The translations under genes were made by a program, and so were the position numbers. The notes under the pieces are model-generated. The model had not been told where the DNA came from. It was given only the letters and a program-made list of their open reading frames with translations, and did not search any database. Of a DNA stretch of 64,000 nucleotides, positions 12,001 through 21,686 are shown one piece after another; position 1 is the first letter of the stretch, and each line of letters starts with the position of its first letter. This stretch comes from Candidatus Kuenenia sp. (GTDB taxonomy: Bacteria; Planctomycetota; Planctomycetia; Planctomycetales; Planctomycetaceae), in contig JAYUVA010000164.1 in NCBI GenBank assembly GCA_043754375.1, positions 1,945 to 65,944 on the forward strand, given 5' to 3'.

Positions 12001-15000
12001 GTGAGGGCCCGTGGGTCGCGCCGGTCGATTCCTCGACGACACGGATCGCCGTCCATTCCGACGGCAGGTTGGTCGTCGGTGGTGCGGATGGAAGCGTGCG
12101 GATCGTGGATGGAGCCACGGGTACCGTCGAAACCGCGATTGTCGGTTTGCCGGTGGTTTTCGCGGCATGGTTCGAAGAAGGTGGGCAACCGCGAGTCTTG
12201 ATCGTCGAATCCGACGGCGGCTCGCAAGCGCGCGCCTATGACGAAGACCTGAACGAAACGTGGCATGTGCCTTTGGCCGCCGTCGACTGTGCGGCCGTTA
12301 CCGCCTCGAACGCAGACGGGAAGTTTCTCTGGACGGTATCCGGCAACAACCTCGTTCGGACGCCGCTCCCCGGCGGTACGGGTGCCGGGGGTTCGGATCC
12401 CGTCGTCGCCGATCTGACGCGGTTGACGGCGACGACTGGCCATCGGCTATCGATCAGGAAGGCGCCCGAGCCCGTGATATTTCTGACGGCCTTGCGGGAA
12501 AACGGCGAATTGCATCAGTTTACTTACTTGCTCGCGTCGAACACCCTCGAAGGAAGTCGGCTCCCCGATTACGGAGCGGGAATCGCCATCCGTGCCGTCG
12601 CGATGCCCGCTTCGGCCCACGGCGCGGTCGGATGGGCGGGGCTGGCCGACGGCCGAATGGTGCAGTGGGACGCGAACACTGGAACGCCGATCTCTAGTAC
12701 GCACACACCGCCGGCACAATTCTTGGACAACGTCGGTGCGGTCCGAGCGACGCAGCCCGCCGTTGTTTCAGACTTGCCCCACGGGCGCTTTCGCGTCGAT
12801 CGCGCCGAGCTGGCGGCCGAAAATGGAGTCGGGAACCCGACGGTGGCGAAGTCCTTCACGGGGGAATTGACGTTGGCGTTGTTCGACGCGCCGATTGCCG
12901 GTGCATCTCCGCGAATCACCGACATTCGACTGAAAACGTTTCAGCCGACGGTCGACGAGAATAAAATCGTGCTGAAGGCCGACTCCGCGTTGCCGGACGC
13001 GGGCTACGTATTTTATTCCAAGGTGCGAGCGGATGCAGGAACCAAGGTTGTCGTCGACGACTGGCCCCGACTGGCGGGCGCGCCTTTCCGCGTTACTCGG
13101 CTGTTGAACTTCGATTGTGTCGACGGCGTTCTGAAAGAATTGACGTTCGAAGCCGTCTTCCCGGCCCCGACCGAGGTGGCGGAGGCGGACGATGCATCGA
13201 CTGAGCCGGCCCTGGTGGCCGACTCGGTGCGACGGAAAAACGTCGCGGTGATCACCATGAAGGTCACCGTCGCCGATCCGGAGTTTCCGATCGTCGCGTT
13301 GAATCAGATCGATGTCGTTTGTCAGACCGAATGGCGGTGGGACTTCCCGCCGCCGGTCAAGACGGGGTTCCCGGCCAAGCAATTCACGGCCGGGTTGCTC
13401 ACCTTGCGCGGAGCGCTCCTTTTCGCCGGCGGACGATTGGCCTTCCGGGCCAAATCAGGGGACGTCGACACGCTGGGAGTCATCGTACCGCTTGAAATGC
13501 CGCTTCCGGATTTATTCGCCGACGGCGACGGAAAGGAATTCGGATACGCCTCCGAGACGTGGGTTCCCGACGTGGAATTCGACTCTCCGGTCGATGCCGT
13601 GTTGATGACGGTGTTCGCAAGCCCGGTCAGCTTGTTTGCGATCGCCGCCGACGGGACCGGCGAGATCGTACAACTTGACTTGTATGCAGAACGCGTTTGC
13701 CGTCGATTCAAACGCCAAGCCGGCGCTGTGACCGACATCGTCAAGGCGGCGGCCGCCCGACCGCGGAAGAGCAATCCGGCCGACTCCCGCGTCGTTCCGC
13801 ACCTCGTCGTGGGCGACGCCAACGGCGGCGTGTGGCGGATCCAAGAGCCGATCGCCTCCACGTCGCCCGGTACGATCGAAATGACATTGGTCGACAGGTT
13901 CGTGGGGATCGCGCCGGCCGTGCGTGCCGTCGGCGTTTCGGCGGTCGATGACGGTCTCCCGGAGAACGTCAAGGTTTTCGCCGCCGAGGACAACATCGTC
14001 CACAGTTACCCAGTCGTCGGCGTTTCGACGTACGTTGCCCGTGAGAAAGTGACCTGCATCGCGACGGCGGTCGATGCGGCACCGGAGCAGCCGGTCGGAT
14101 TTTTGCTGGCGGGCTGTGAAGGGGGAGACCTCTCGATTTTCAAGGAGGGGACGGCCGCGCCGCTCTTCCAGGACAAATTCGGCGACGCGACGATCACCGC
14201 CTTGGCGATCACCGACTTGGCGATTGCCGACGGGATCGCGCGGTTGTTGGTTGGCCACTCAGACGGCTGGGTTCGATATTTCCAGATCATGCACGTCGCG
14301 GGAACATTCTCCAAACTCTTGCTCGGTGAATTCGCGACACTGGCGGGAGTGGCGTCGTTGAGTTTCGCCTCCGTCGACGGCAGGGAGGGATGCATCGCCG
14401 CGGGAGTCAATGGCCGGGTGCGCAGCTTCCGGCTGGACCCGCCGAAGAATCCGCTCGTGTTGCGATTCTCGCATGACTTGCCGCCGATGGCGGGCGCGGT
14501 TCCGACGACGGTCGCTCCGGGCGGCGCCGGGCGGATCGTCTCGATTTCCGCCGACGGCGAGTTTCAGGTCTTCGCCGCCCATCCGCAGATTTCGATCCGG
14601 GCGGACTTGGAACGACCCTCGGATCGGCCCTTAATCCAAGTGAACGCTCGGTTGGATTCGCTGGATTTGGGAGTCCCCGCAGCGAATCCACCGAAGATCG
14701 CCGCCTCGGTGAAGGCCGACGCCCGACTCGACCTCCGATGGACGGGCGACGCTGGATCGTTTCCAGCGTTGCCGGCGTTAGTGGAGAACGGAACCTACGC
14801 GTTTGTCGCCCAGGTTCAAACCGACGATTGGTCGGAAGGAGGAACGCTGCTGGCCCTGCGTTCGGAACCATCGACGGGCATCGGAATGCTCGGCGGATGC
14901 GTTCTGACGGAGAGCGTGGAGTTGCTTCAGCTGAAGGTCAATGGCAAACTGGATCTGGAAGGTTGGGTGCTCAACCTACAGTATAATTACTCGGTGCCGA

Positions 15001-17504
15001 ATCACGCCTCGGGTTTGTTGGAATGGGACTTCGCGAGGTTCTGCGGAGGCGTCTTGAAGGGAAATCGCGACGGCGACAGCGACGAGGTCGAATTGTTGCT
15101 GTCGGACCAGTTAACGACGCTCCGTGTCAGACGAGTGATGCAGAAGCTCCTCATCTCCGGCGTGTTGCATGTGAAGGTCAATCACGACCGCGACGGAGAC
15201 GGAGTCGCCGACGCGATCCGATTCCAGGCGCCGATTGCACTGGCGCCCGACGCGCAGACGCCGATGCAGAGCAATATTTTAGCCGCCCTGAAAGACACCG
15301 TCTTCCTGCCGGAGCCGTTGATCGTCAATCCGACGAATGCGGCGGACGTGATTGTGCCTTTGGACCGATCGTTATTTTGGGGCGGAGCGATTCCGTCGAG
15401 TGCTGCGAGCGACGTACGTCCCTCGGGTCCGGTTTTGTTGCGGCTCGACAACGCGGGTCTAACGCTTTCGACGTTTCCCACAGCGGCGCTGCCTTACGAT
15501 CCGTGCTTGGAGTCGGGCGCACAAGCGCCGGTGCCGCTCCAGCCGGACTGGGTTCCGCGGCTAGTGCATCGGATTGATTTGGGGGGCTTCCTCAACGTTC
15601 GCGTCGCGGCGCTTACGCCGATCGAGCCGGCGGCGGAGCCGGGCGGTGCGTTTCTCGGCGACCCGGACGTCGATATTTGGAACTTGAAACTGCTGGCTTT
15701 CGACGCACAGGCGTCGTTTGCCGGAATCTTGGCTTACGCTGTCGATGCAATCGTTCCCGATAAGTTCGAAACCAACTCGGATTTGGTTCAAACCGAAAAC
15801 GTGTTCGTGCTGCATTCGACCCGATTGCCGCCCGACGCAGAACTCGACGATTGCACCCGGATTCAACGTCGGTTCGTTCCGCTGACCGGCCTGCTCAATA
15901 TTACGGAAACGGTTTCGACGTCCGGACCGGAGTCGCCCCCGCTCTTGACGATCGACGATATTCGGTCGCGGATGTTGAAGAAGGGGGCGACAGGGACGGC
16001 CGTTCACAGAATTGTCCGGCCGGGAGAGCGAGCGGTATTTCGATGGATCGCCTCGCCGTCGGTCGATTCCGCGGTTCTGGTGTCGGATACCAAACGATTG
16101 GTCGCGGACGCGCCACGGCCATTCCAGCCGAGCATCGACTTGCGAAGCCTTCAGCCGGCGACGGCGAGATGCTGGTCGATCGTCAATGACCACCAAATCG
16201 CCGACGCCCGAGGATTGGCGGTGTTCGAGTCGAACGTGGCCGACGACGCCGTCGAGGCGGGATGGAGGCGAAACATCTGCCTGACCTGGCAAGGGGAGGG
16301 AGATGAGTTGGCGACTCGGCGGCCGAGCGTGCGCGTCGTCGAGCGCCCTATCTGGAACGACGACGAGGGGCAACCGGGCTGGCTTCGGCCGCCGATCGTC
16401 GTTGATCGAGATACACATGATCGCCAGTTTCTTCCGCAGTATCTCGAAATTTGGGGGGCGACTGAGAAAGCGGGATCGATGTTCGTACAGTCGGTCGGCG
16501 TGTTGTGGAGCGATCGGAATGCGGACGGCTCCTCCCTGCCGCCAATGAGGCTCACGCCCACGGCGATCGGCTGCAGCCGCGATCCGCAGCAATTCATAGT
16601 GCCGGAGGAAGCGACAATTGAGATCCTCGGTGATCCGAGTTGGAGTCCGAACCCTGTGGGGGTCGGGGGCCGCGACCTGACGGTGAGCTGGAAGGAAACG
16701 CTCTGCGGGCTGCCGCTCAACCCGTTAGAATTGTCGGACAGCCTGACGATCGATTTCGACCTCGGCACGGGAGACTACTCGCTCGAACTCCAGCCTAATA
16801 CCGAGCGTGCGGCTGCCCTCATCAGTCGGGTGCATGAGCGACTGTTCGCGACGACGCCCGAAGCGCCGGACCTGCCGATCGCTGCGGACGGCGTCCGACC
16901 ACGTCCCGATTTGTACTTGGTATCGAAGATCGGGAATTTGGATGATCCTCGTCCCGCGACAAACACGGCCACGCTGCTCGAGCCGAAAGTGACGCTGGAA
17001 TTCATGGACGCCTCACTCAATTCGATTCATAACTTCCGCGACGTTTTCGTATCAATTCCGTCCGTAGGGACACACTTCGCTTGGAAGATGAAGGACGATT
17101 TCGTAAATCGTATCGCGTGGTACGATTCGCCAGATAAGCGGGTGACGGCCATCGCGTTGGTCTTCACGGAACCCAACACTGACGACCCGGAGGTTGATGT
17201 GGTGCGTACCGACGTTCGTCCGGCGCCGGGAACGCCCCTCGCGGCCAAGACCGCCGTGATCTTAACGGTGGAATCGGGCGGAACTCGGATCTTCGAGCGA
17301 ACCTGCCTATTCGGCGACGCGGCAAGCTCGGAAGGAATCGCCGCAGTTGACGCGCGCGACGTGTTCCTGTTCAGCCGGCAGGACCACGAAGAGGTCACGG
17401 TATTCCCTCCGGCGAGCTTGCCGTCTGGTGCCGTGGCAAAGGTGTATTTGGTGAAGACGTTCGGCGACGGAGCCGTGCTATCGACGAACAAGAATATTCC
17501 TTGA
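9069..17504 (+). CDS. Giant protein 2 (2811 aa) with WD40-like beta-propeller repeat clusters, unknown function
   Basis: Uninterrupted 8.4-kb ORF starting 14 nt after giant ORF 1. GAGGA lies about 10 nt upstream of the ATG. Blade-like motifs: VITVTDDGSVHGWDV (11931-11975), LVVGGADGSVRIVD (~12068-12110), LVVGDANGGVWRIQE (13801-13848), LLVGHSDGWVRYFQI (~14243-14287), IAAGVNGRVRSFRL, IVSISADGEFQVFAAH (~14534-14581). Confidence 0.85.
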   Translation: MSDTMTSATVFGSEATLSPVPEWLRLVIRSEFAPWSLSLYVTRRWLSAPEQEGLSEAADELLRRRRLGECASSTTAGRFAVVVPSTALALRCSPGLSVLTLFGNELAADTGRRPRNLSVNGLVRLDDARDDDLYLTLINGAVRIENLSRRPTIFDGTADPALIWPTPGDATGGSDGNEPLDALLLGSTDVHVDLSRDIDERLRFRYQRTLADGRRLWMMVGCPFHAEVVAPQVEAKNQVDSIKALLSNVANGAVQLEVSENTGAIVYATTSYRTCTTLTQNVAAGALELSTRHRVRKGSRIVLGPGTRFEESVVADDVSPEFGEADAYRITPSAPLRHKHPRCEPVRTEGEREVRRFFQVQATIALVNADGTRTHWRPRTFYLRDDEGAGSSWAMDGGDPFDDDSAPAPTGGVAAKPLALKWDAARLSLLRLPELQLTGADNRSGDNDYLWQPAIVVHGGTPEPAALVRLRFAATEARVRDTADARFDRPLGVEWEDDDGGKWTIEGRPLDAIPGRPSTIELRVFFTVPVSTRVFNRAVLTLSDPEVLVRSPATQIYAPPAPEAAGTLTTDPGRPPHSAPFAYPALRLWRTKNFVVGSLHFRNLRSIGKRRVWTTIDPDVEQRLRFEAHDAVRIYRPRGTAVIDLASVARPNVTALNVEASPVARDPSHGLIAFEVEAFCLASDDAVGPTLELLDPRLGPPDIARATLALHPWVEVAADGTLSAAHRNLILEMMEYELAGRFGFHVAEEPPADFLTNRAIAAVRGRYTLASDSLVAGTPGELKGWLPGVDLNDGTNPITPTLTWLDAGTSPPVLDLDDGIGAPTPLSIESQPDRDFSWLHLLPEWRNPGSARPEVTLTAPLIDGLGRELYAGRNTRNGGIPWLFPNRTVRPAPDDDLFPGVLAAAGNGRLLAVGTAAGAHVWPRRAEAALITLPHDRPVVQVAIAPDGVGGERRVITVTDDGSVHGWDVATPGEAAWSEGPWVAPVDSSTTRIAVHSDGRLVVGGADGSVRIVDGATGTVETAIVGLPVVFAAWFEEGGQPRVLIVESDGGSQARAYDEDLNETWHVPLAAVDCAAVTASNADGKFLWTVSGNNLVRTPLPGGTGAGGSDPVVADLTRLTATTGHRLSIRKAPEPVIFLTALRENGELHQFTYLLASNTLEGSRLPDYGAGIAIRAVAMPASAHGAVGWAGLADGRMVQWDANTGTPISSTHTPPAQFLDNVGAVRATQPAVVSDLPHGRFRVDRAELAAENGVGNPTVAKSFTGELTLALFDAPIAGASPRITDIRLKTFQPTVDENKIVLKADSALPDAGYVFYSKVRADAGTKVVVDDWPRLAGAPFRVTRLLNFDCVDGVLKELTFEAVFPAPTEVAEADDASTEPALVADSVRRKNVAVITMKVTVADPEFPIVALNQIDVVCQTEWRWDFPPPVKTGFPAKQFTAGLLTLRGALLFAGGRLAFRAKSGDVDTLGVIVPLEMPLPDLFADGDGKEFGYASETWVPDVEFDSPVDAVLMTVFASPVSLFAIAADGTGEIVQLDLYAERVCRRFKRQAGAVTDIVKAAAARPRKSNPADSRVVPHLVVGDANGGVWRIQEPIASTSPGTIEMTLVDRFVGIAPAVRAVGVSAVDDGLPENVKVFAAEDNIVHSYPVVGVSTYVAREKVTCIATAVDAAPEQPVGFLLAGCEGGDLSIFKEGTAAPLFQDKFGDATITALAITDLAIADGIARLLVGHSDGWVRYFQIMHVAGTFSKLLLGEFATLAGVASLSFASVDGREGCIAAGVNGRVRSFRLDPPKNPLVLRFSHDLPPMAGAVPTTVAPGGAGRIVSISADGEFQVFAAHPQISIRADLERPSDRPLIQVNARLDSLDLGVPAANPPKIAASVKADARLDLRWTGDAGSFPALPALVENGTYAFVAQVQTDDWSEGGTLLALRSEPSTGIGMLGGCVLTESVELLQLKVNGKLDLEGWVLNLQYNYSVPNHASGLLEWDFARFCGGVLKGNRDGDSDEVELLLSDQLTTLRVRRVMQKLLISGVLHVKVNHDRDGDGVADAIRFQAPIALAPDAQTPMQSNILAALKDTVFLPEPLIVNPTNAADVIVPLDRSLFWGGAIPSSAASDVRPSGPVLLRLDNAGLTLSTFPTAALPYDPCLESGAQAPVPLQPDWVPRLVHRIDLGGFLNVRVAALTPIEPAAEPGGAFLGDPDVDIWNLKLLAFDAQASFAGILAYAVDAIVPDKFETNSDLVQTENVFVLHSTRLPPDAELDDCTRIQRRFVPLTGLLNITETVSTSGPESPPLLTIDDIRSRMLKKGATGTAVHRIVRPGERAVFRWIASPSVDSAVLVSDTKRLVADAPRPFQPSIDLRSLQPATARCWSIVNDHQIADARGLAVFESNVADDAVEAGWRRNICLTWQGEGDELATRRPSVRVVERPIWNDDEGQPGWLRPPIVVDRDTHDRQFLPQYLEIWGATEKAGSMFVQSVGVLWSDRNADGSSLPPMRLTPTAIGCSRDPQQFIVPEEATIEILGDPSWSPNPVGVGGRDLTVSWKETLCGLPLNPLELSDSLTIDFDLGTGDYSLELQPNTERAAALISRVHERLFATTPEAPDLPIAADGVRPRPDLYLVSKIGNLDDPRPATNTATLLEPKVTLEFMDASLNSIHNFRDVFVSIPSVGTHFAWKMKDDFVNRIAWYDSPDKRVTAIALVFTEPNTDDPEVDVVRTDVRPAPGTPLAAKTAVILTVESGGTRIFERTCLFGDAASSEGIAAVDARDVFLFSRQDHEEVTVFPPASLPSGAVAKVYLVKTFGDGAVLSTNKNIP

Positions 17505-17583
17505 CAACGAGCGCACCCATTTCGACCTTGAGTTGCAACGAATCCTAATTTCTCGAATGAACACTTACTTTCTAAGGACGACG

Positions 17584-18144
17584 ATGATGATCCGACAGCG
17601 ACGACTACTCGTAACGGTGGCTATACTGGCAACAATGGTGTTTCCGCAATGGCCCGGCAATGCGTCGGCGCGGGATTTGTTCCCGCGGCGCTGCTGTTGC
17701 CCGCAGTACTCGACGACATTGCGACAGGGGGCGTTGACGGTCGACATCACGGGGCCGCAATACAATATCGTGGAAGCTTACTTCAACGACCGCGTCTATC
17801 GGACGGAGTTTGCTCATACGACAAATTTGCACCTCGGGCGCGTCCTATTATCACCTGGAAACGAAGGCGCCTTCGCAGTTCGGTACGGTGCAGGTAATGC
17901 GAATATCCGCTTCATCGCGTGGAAGAACGGAATTGCCGAGATTCGTGAAAGCTCGGCCCGCCCCGTCGCGGTTCTCTTGCCAGGAGACGGGCCGATCATT
18001 GCTGAATGGAAAACGTCGGCCGTACTTCGTTTGAGTCGCTTCAACTGCGGCGTTAATAACGTTTGCATGATACGCTGGCAGGAATCTACCAAAGATTGGC
18101 AGTACGCCGACGACAGCGGCGCATTCCTCAACATTCCGCGGTAG
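17584..18144 (+). CDS. Small secreted protein (about 186 aa), unknown function
   Basis: ATG at 17584 has AAGGA 5 nt upstream. The N-terminus MMIRQRRLLVTVAILATMVFPQWPGNASA looks like a signal peptide with an ASA cleavage site. A CCC cysteine triplet follows shortly after. The track ORF starts earlier, at a TTG. Confidence 0.55.
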   Translation: MMIRQRRLLVTVAILATMVFPQWPGNASARDLFPRRCCCPQYSTTLRQGALTVDITGPQYNIVEAYFNDRVYRTEFAHTTNLHLGRVLLSPGNEGAFAVRYGAGNANIRFIAWKNGIAEIRESSARPVAVLLPGDGPIIAEWKTSAVLRLSRFNCGVNNVCMIRWQESTKDWQYADDSGAFLNIPR

Positions 18145-18298
18145 ACTTGGATGGGATCGCGGTACTGCCGATGACGAGTTTGCACGCTCGACCTCGGTCG
18201 CGCACAATCTCGATATTGTCGCAAACTGCGGAAAGTCAAACCGTTATTCACATAGTCTCAATCGCCTTAAACTAATTCATTTAACTTGCGAGTGTGTT

Positions 18299-18988
18299 AT
18301 GAGCGTATGGACCGACTTCGAATCTCTTACGATCGACGATGCAGATACGCTGAGCGACGAATTCGCGCTCTCGTTCGACAAGGGAATTACCAAATTGGTG
18401 ATCGCCATCATTACCGAGGCGTCCGGCGACAACAGAACGTATCCGTCGTTCGCTTTTCCGTCGGTCGGCCGCCCAATTGCATTCCCATTTTCTGATGAAG
18501 TTCTGGCCTCCGAGCTTTTACTAGACGTTTGTTGGGCCGCCGGCTTGAGCCCTCGAGCCGTGAACCTCTTGGCCGATGGAACCAAAGGCTCGCTTCGGTT
18601 CGTCGTTGATCCGCTTTCGACGTGGGCGACGGCACGCATTTCAGTAGACGCCCTCAAAGATTCAGCGGATCTCAATATCGATCCCCTCAATGTTCTAACG
18701 GGAGGGACGGACAGCGGCGAATTTGTCGGCGAGATGCAACTCGAAGAGATATTGGAAAAATTGGATGTCTTCTCGATCCAAGCGCATCCACTCTCGTTGC
18801 AGCAGTGGGTCAGTTTGCGTCTGCCCAACCCGGTTTGCTTCACGCAGTTCATGGATGCGATCGCCTTCTCATTGTCGGCCCACTGGACTTGGGCGGGGAA
18901 CGCCGTGTACTTGGGCCCGCCAGGCTGCTCGGGTGCTTGTTCTTCGAGCAAGAGCGAGGCCTGCGCGTCTATGGCAAACGGTGGCTGA
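18299..18988 (+). CDS. Hypothetical protein (229 aa)
   Basis: ATG-initiated ORF with an acidic, protein-like composition. The fully overlapping minus-strand ORF 18277-18951 is Ser-rich and looks like a shadow ORF. Confidence 0.45.
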   Translation: MSVWTDFESLTIDDADTLSDEFALSFDKGITKLVIAIITEASGDNRTYPSFAFPSVGRPIAFPFSDEVLASELLLDVCWAAGLSPRAVNLLADGTKGSLRFVVDPLSTWATARISVDALKDSADLNIDPLNVLTGGTDSGEFVGEMQLEEILEKLDVFSIQAHPLSLQQWVSLRLPNPVCFTQFMDAIAFSLSAHWTWAGNAVYLGPPGCSGACSSSKSEACASMANGG

Positions 18989-19227
18989 TCGGATCGAGGG
19001 TAATACGTCGGCCGTCGTCGGCGTGACGCAAAGTTGGCCGACTAAGCCGCGGAGCGATGCCGGGTATGATTTGCTCGATGACGGCCTGGGTTCGGATGTG
19101 CTATCCGGAAAAGCAGGTGTCTAGTGGTTAAACCGTGACAAGAAGCTCCGCGCCTGCATTTGGAATTGCCGAATGAGCATGAAGGACAAAATCACAAGAG
19201 TTTCTGTGTTCCAATAGACAGCGACTC

Positions 19228-20067
19228 TTACATACAACCGATTTCGTACAAAGCACTTTCAATCCTCTGTCTGTAGTCGGGAACGCCTCCGCCGTTATAC
19301 CGAACGGCACCATTGATCAATCGATCTCGAAGGCATTCACCGCACTTGTAGAACCGGTCATCCGTGCCGGGACCGGTGTTTGCACGATGCAATAGCCAGA
19401 CAATCCCCCAGAAATAACTCATAGCGGGATTGAAATTCGGATCATTGTGCCCAGAAGCCGCGTTTGCAAGGCGAGAGAGCCTTACGGCGTCTGGCGCCGT
19501 GGCAGCAACGGCATCAGGAAGCTCGTTCGAGTCATAATTGTCCGCACCTTGGCCACCGACAAATCGTGAGTAAACCCCAGTCTGGCCAGTGAGTTCTCGC
19601 CACCACGAATCTCCTGGGTTGCCGCATTGCATTGGGTCTGTATCACCGTGAACCCCTCCCACGACGGATCCGTGACGTGATTCAACAAATGAAACTGCTC
19701 GTATGATGCACATCCAACGAGTAACTTCAGCGGCATTGAGCGAGCGGTTATTTTGAGACCCACCTGCAAGGGCCATCAAATTTACCCAATAGTTGAATGC
19801 TGCTGTGGCGGTTCCAACTTGCCCTTGCCACAGCACCTCTTCTGTGGTCAAAAATATAGAAAAATGCCCTTTTTCCTTGCGCGGGTCTAGCTGTTTGTGG
19901 CAAGCGACGCCCTTCGACTGATGTTCAGCAGCGTCCAACCTAGAGATCAACTGCTGAAGCAGAATCTTGATCTCCTGAATGTCTTTTCCGAGTGCATAGG
20001 AGTCCATTGGCAGTTTCCGGAGCAGTTCTAAATTAGCCTGAGTTGAGCTTTGTGAATTATTGGACAC
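19228..20067 (-). CDS. Divergent lytic transglycosylase / lysozyme-like (SLT-type) protein
   Basis: The strings VESRHG, DPMQCG and AVRYNGGG resemble the E-S, G-L-M-Q and A-Y-N-x-G motifs of SLT/goose-type lysozyme folds. The start is GTG. Confidence 0.5.
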   Translation of the reverse strand: MSNNSQSSTQANLELLRKLPMDSYALGKDIQEIKILLQQLISRLDAAEHQSKGVACHKQLDPRKEKGHFSIFLTTEEVLWQGQVGTATAAFNYWVNLMALAGGSQNNRSLNAAEVTRWMCIIRAVSFVESRHGSVVGGVHGDTDPMQCGNPGDSWWRELTGQTGVYSRFVGGQGADNYDSNELPDAVAATAPDAVRLSRLANAASGHNDPNFNPAMSYFWGIVWLLHRANTGPGTDDRFYKCGECLRDRLINGAVRYNGGGVPDYRQRIESALYEIGCM

Positions 20068-20230
20068 GGAGCAAGCCGATGCCTGAGCAGGATATCAGCA
20101 AGATTAAATTCTAATCAACATGGGATTGGAACGCAATCGCTTCATGCGACTTCCAACCGTAATCCGTAATGCCTTCGATCACCATCCATGGCGAGAGTTA
20201 GTGCCAAATGTTGTGTTCAGCGGGAATTGA

Positions 20231-21578
20231 TCAGGCGACGGTTTCGGTATGAGTTGTACGGGTTTTGGGAGTTGCAGCATCTTGTTGTTTGACGTGATGT
20301 TCGTTGACTCCGTTGATAAAACGGACTCCTTGAATGAGATCCGGGATATGCTGATGGCCTCGCAGTTTTCTCCAGCCCTTCTCGGCACTCCGAGCCAGCT
20401 TGAAGAGCATCACCAGAGACGCTTTGGCACTCCCGTTATTCTTCGTCTTGCGATGTCGTAAACGGAGTGTCGCGAACGTACTCTCGATTGGATTCTTCGT
20501 TCGGATGTGGCACCAGTTCTCTACCGGGAAGTCCATAATACGTCAGCAGGACATCGCGGTCCTTCTTCAGGCATTCACCGCAGTTGAGTGTTTGGCTTCG
20601 AATGTATTAATGAACAAATCAAAGGCATTGTTCGCTTCTTCTTTCTTTGGTGCATCCCAGATCTGATGCAGTATTCTCTTCGCCTGAGGCTGTACGCTCT
20701 TTGGCAGTTTGTCGAGGACGTTCGCTGTTTTATGCACAGTGCAACGTTGCACGCGCGTTGTCGGGAAGACTTTGCCGAGTGCTTTCCAGAACCCCAGAGC
20801 TCCATCACCAATGGCCAATTGTGGATCGTGCCTCAGCCCGCGAGCCTTTAAGTCCAACAGCACTTCTTTCGATGACAATTCACTCTCGCGAATGCCATCG
20901 ACAACAGCGATCAGCTCCTTTGTTCCATCGGCCGTGGCTCCCATCAGCACAAGCAAACACTGACGATGTTCATCGGACTGACGTCCTTCATTGTCATTGA
21001 ACCGAATGTTGCTGTAGATGCCGTCGGCCCACATGTAGACATACCGCTTGCCGATCAGCGAACGAGTTGACCATTCGACGCACTCTTCTTCCCAGACGGA
21101 CTTCAGTCGCGTGATCGTGCTGGCTGAAAGTCCTTTCGCATCCTTACCGAGCATTGACTGCAGAGCCTCCGGAAAGTCATTCGTGCTAGAAATGGCGATG
21201 CCGTCTGGTGAATTTTGGATATGAAGGTTGACGCACAAATACGCTGCCGCAGTCGTTTGCCACTCCGAGCATGGTACACGAGGACCTGCAAGACGATCGT
21301 GCTGCGGGAAAGTCAGAACCAATGGCATTCGCCAGTTGGTACTGACTTGCCCTCGCGCTGTTTTCGTGGTGGGCTCTGAGTGGTAATTCGCCGCGAGGGC
21401 TCAATAACCACTCAGGCAAGCACTGCCAATGCTGAATGGTTGTACGCGAATGCGTGGTGCGGAATGCTTTGCCGGTGACTGGATTTTGGGAGGCATGGCT
21501 CACATCGAATTTACCCGACGAAATGCGGCCGCTGACTGCAATGAAATCGGCCAGACGGCGGTCAGTCGTACGGGCCAC
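20231..21578 (-). pseudogene. IS256-family (Mutator-type) transposase, decayed by several frameshifts
   Basis: Transposase-like sequence is split over three frames: 21330-21578, 20567-21328 and 20231-20536. Examples are KRYVYMWADGIYSNIRF, LAIGDGALGFWKAL, RCTVHKTANVLDKLPKS and DFPVENWCHIRTKNPIESTFATLRL. Two indels lie about 35 nt apart near 20537-20570. No terminal inverted repeats were located. Confidence 0.8.
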
Positions 21579-21686
21579 CTTGCGACGATTGAAATGTCGT
21601 GGTGAACTCAGATATCAAGCGAGCCGATTCACCTGATTGTTGATTTTGCAATCCGGTTCAGGTTTCACGGCTCACCACTGCGACGA

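Noticed and set aside
385-17491. Dozens of 60-470-aa ORFs on the opposite strand or in alternative frames inside the two giant genes (for example 2347-3759, 4357-5373, 11160-12443, 15561-16592, all minus strand)
   Set aside because: They are embedded in long uninterrupted ORFs in G+C-rich DNA, where stop codons are rare. Their translations are Arg/Pro/Ser-rich and low-complexity, typical of shadow ORFs.
18277-18951. 224-aa minus-strand ORF fully overlapping the 18299-18988 plus-strand ORF
   Set aside because: Its composition is Ser/Thr-rich and antisense-like, while the plus-strand product looks more like a real protein. Only one can be real, and neither is confirmed.
20231-21578. Programmed ribosomal frameshifting in the IS256-family transposase
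   Set aside because: At least three frame changes occur, including two compensating indels about 35 nt apart and a degenerate N-terminus. This fits decay better than a single programmed -1 site.
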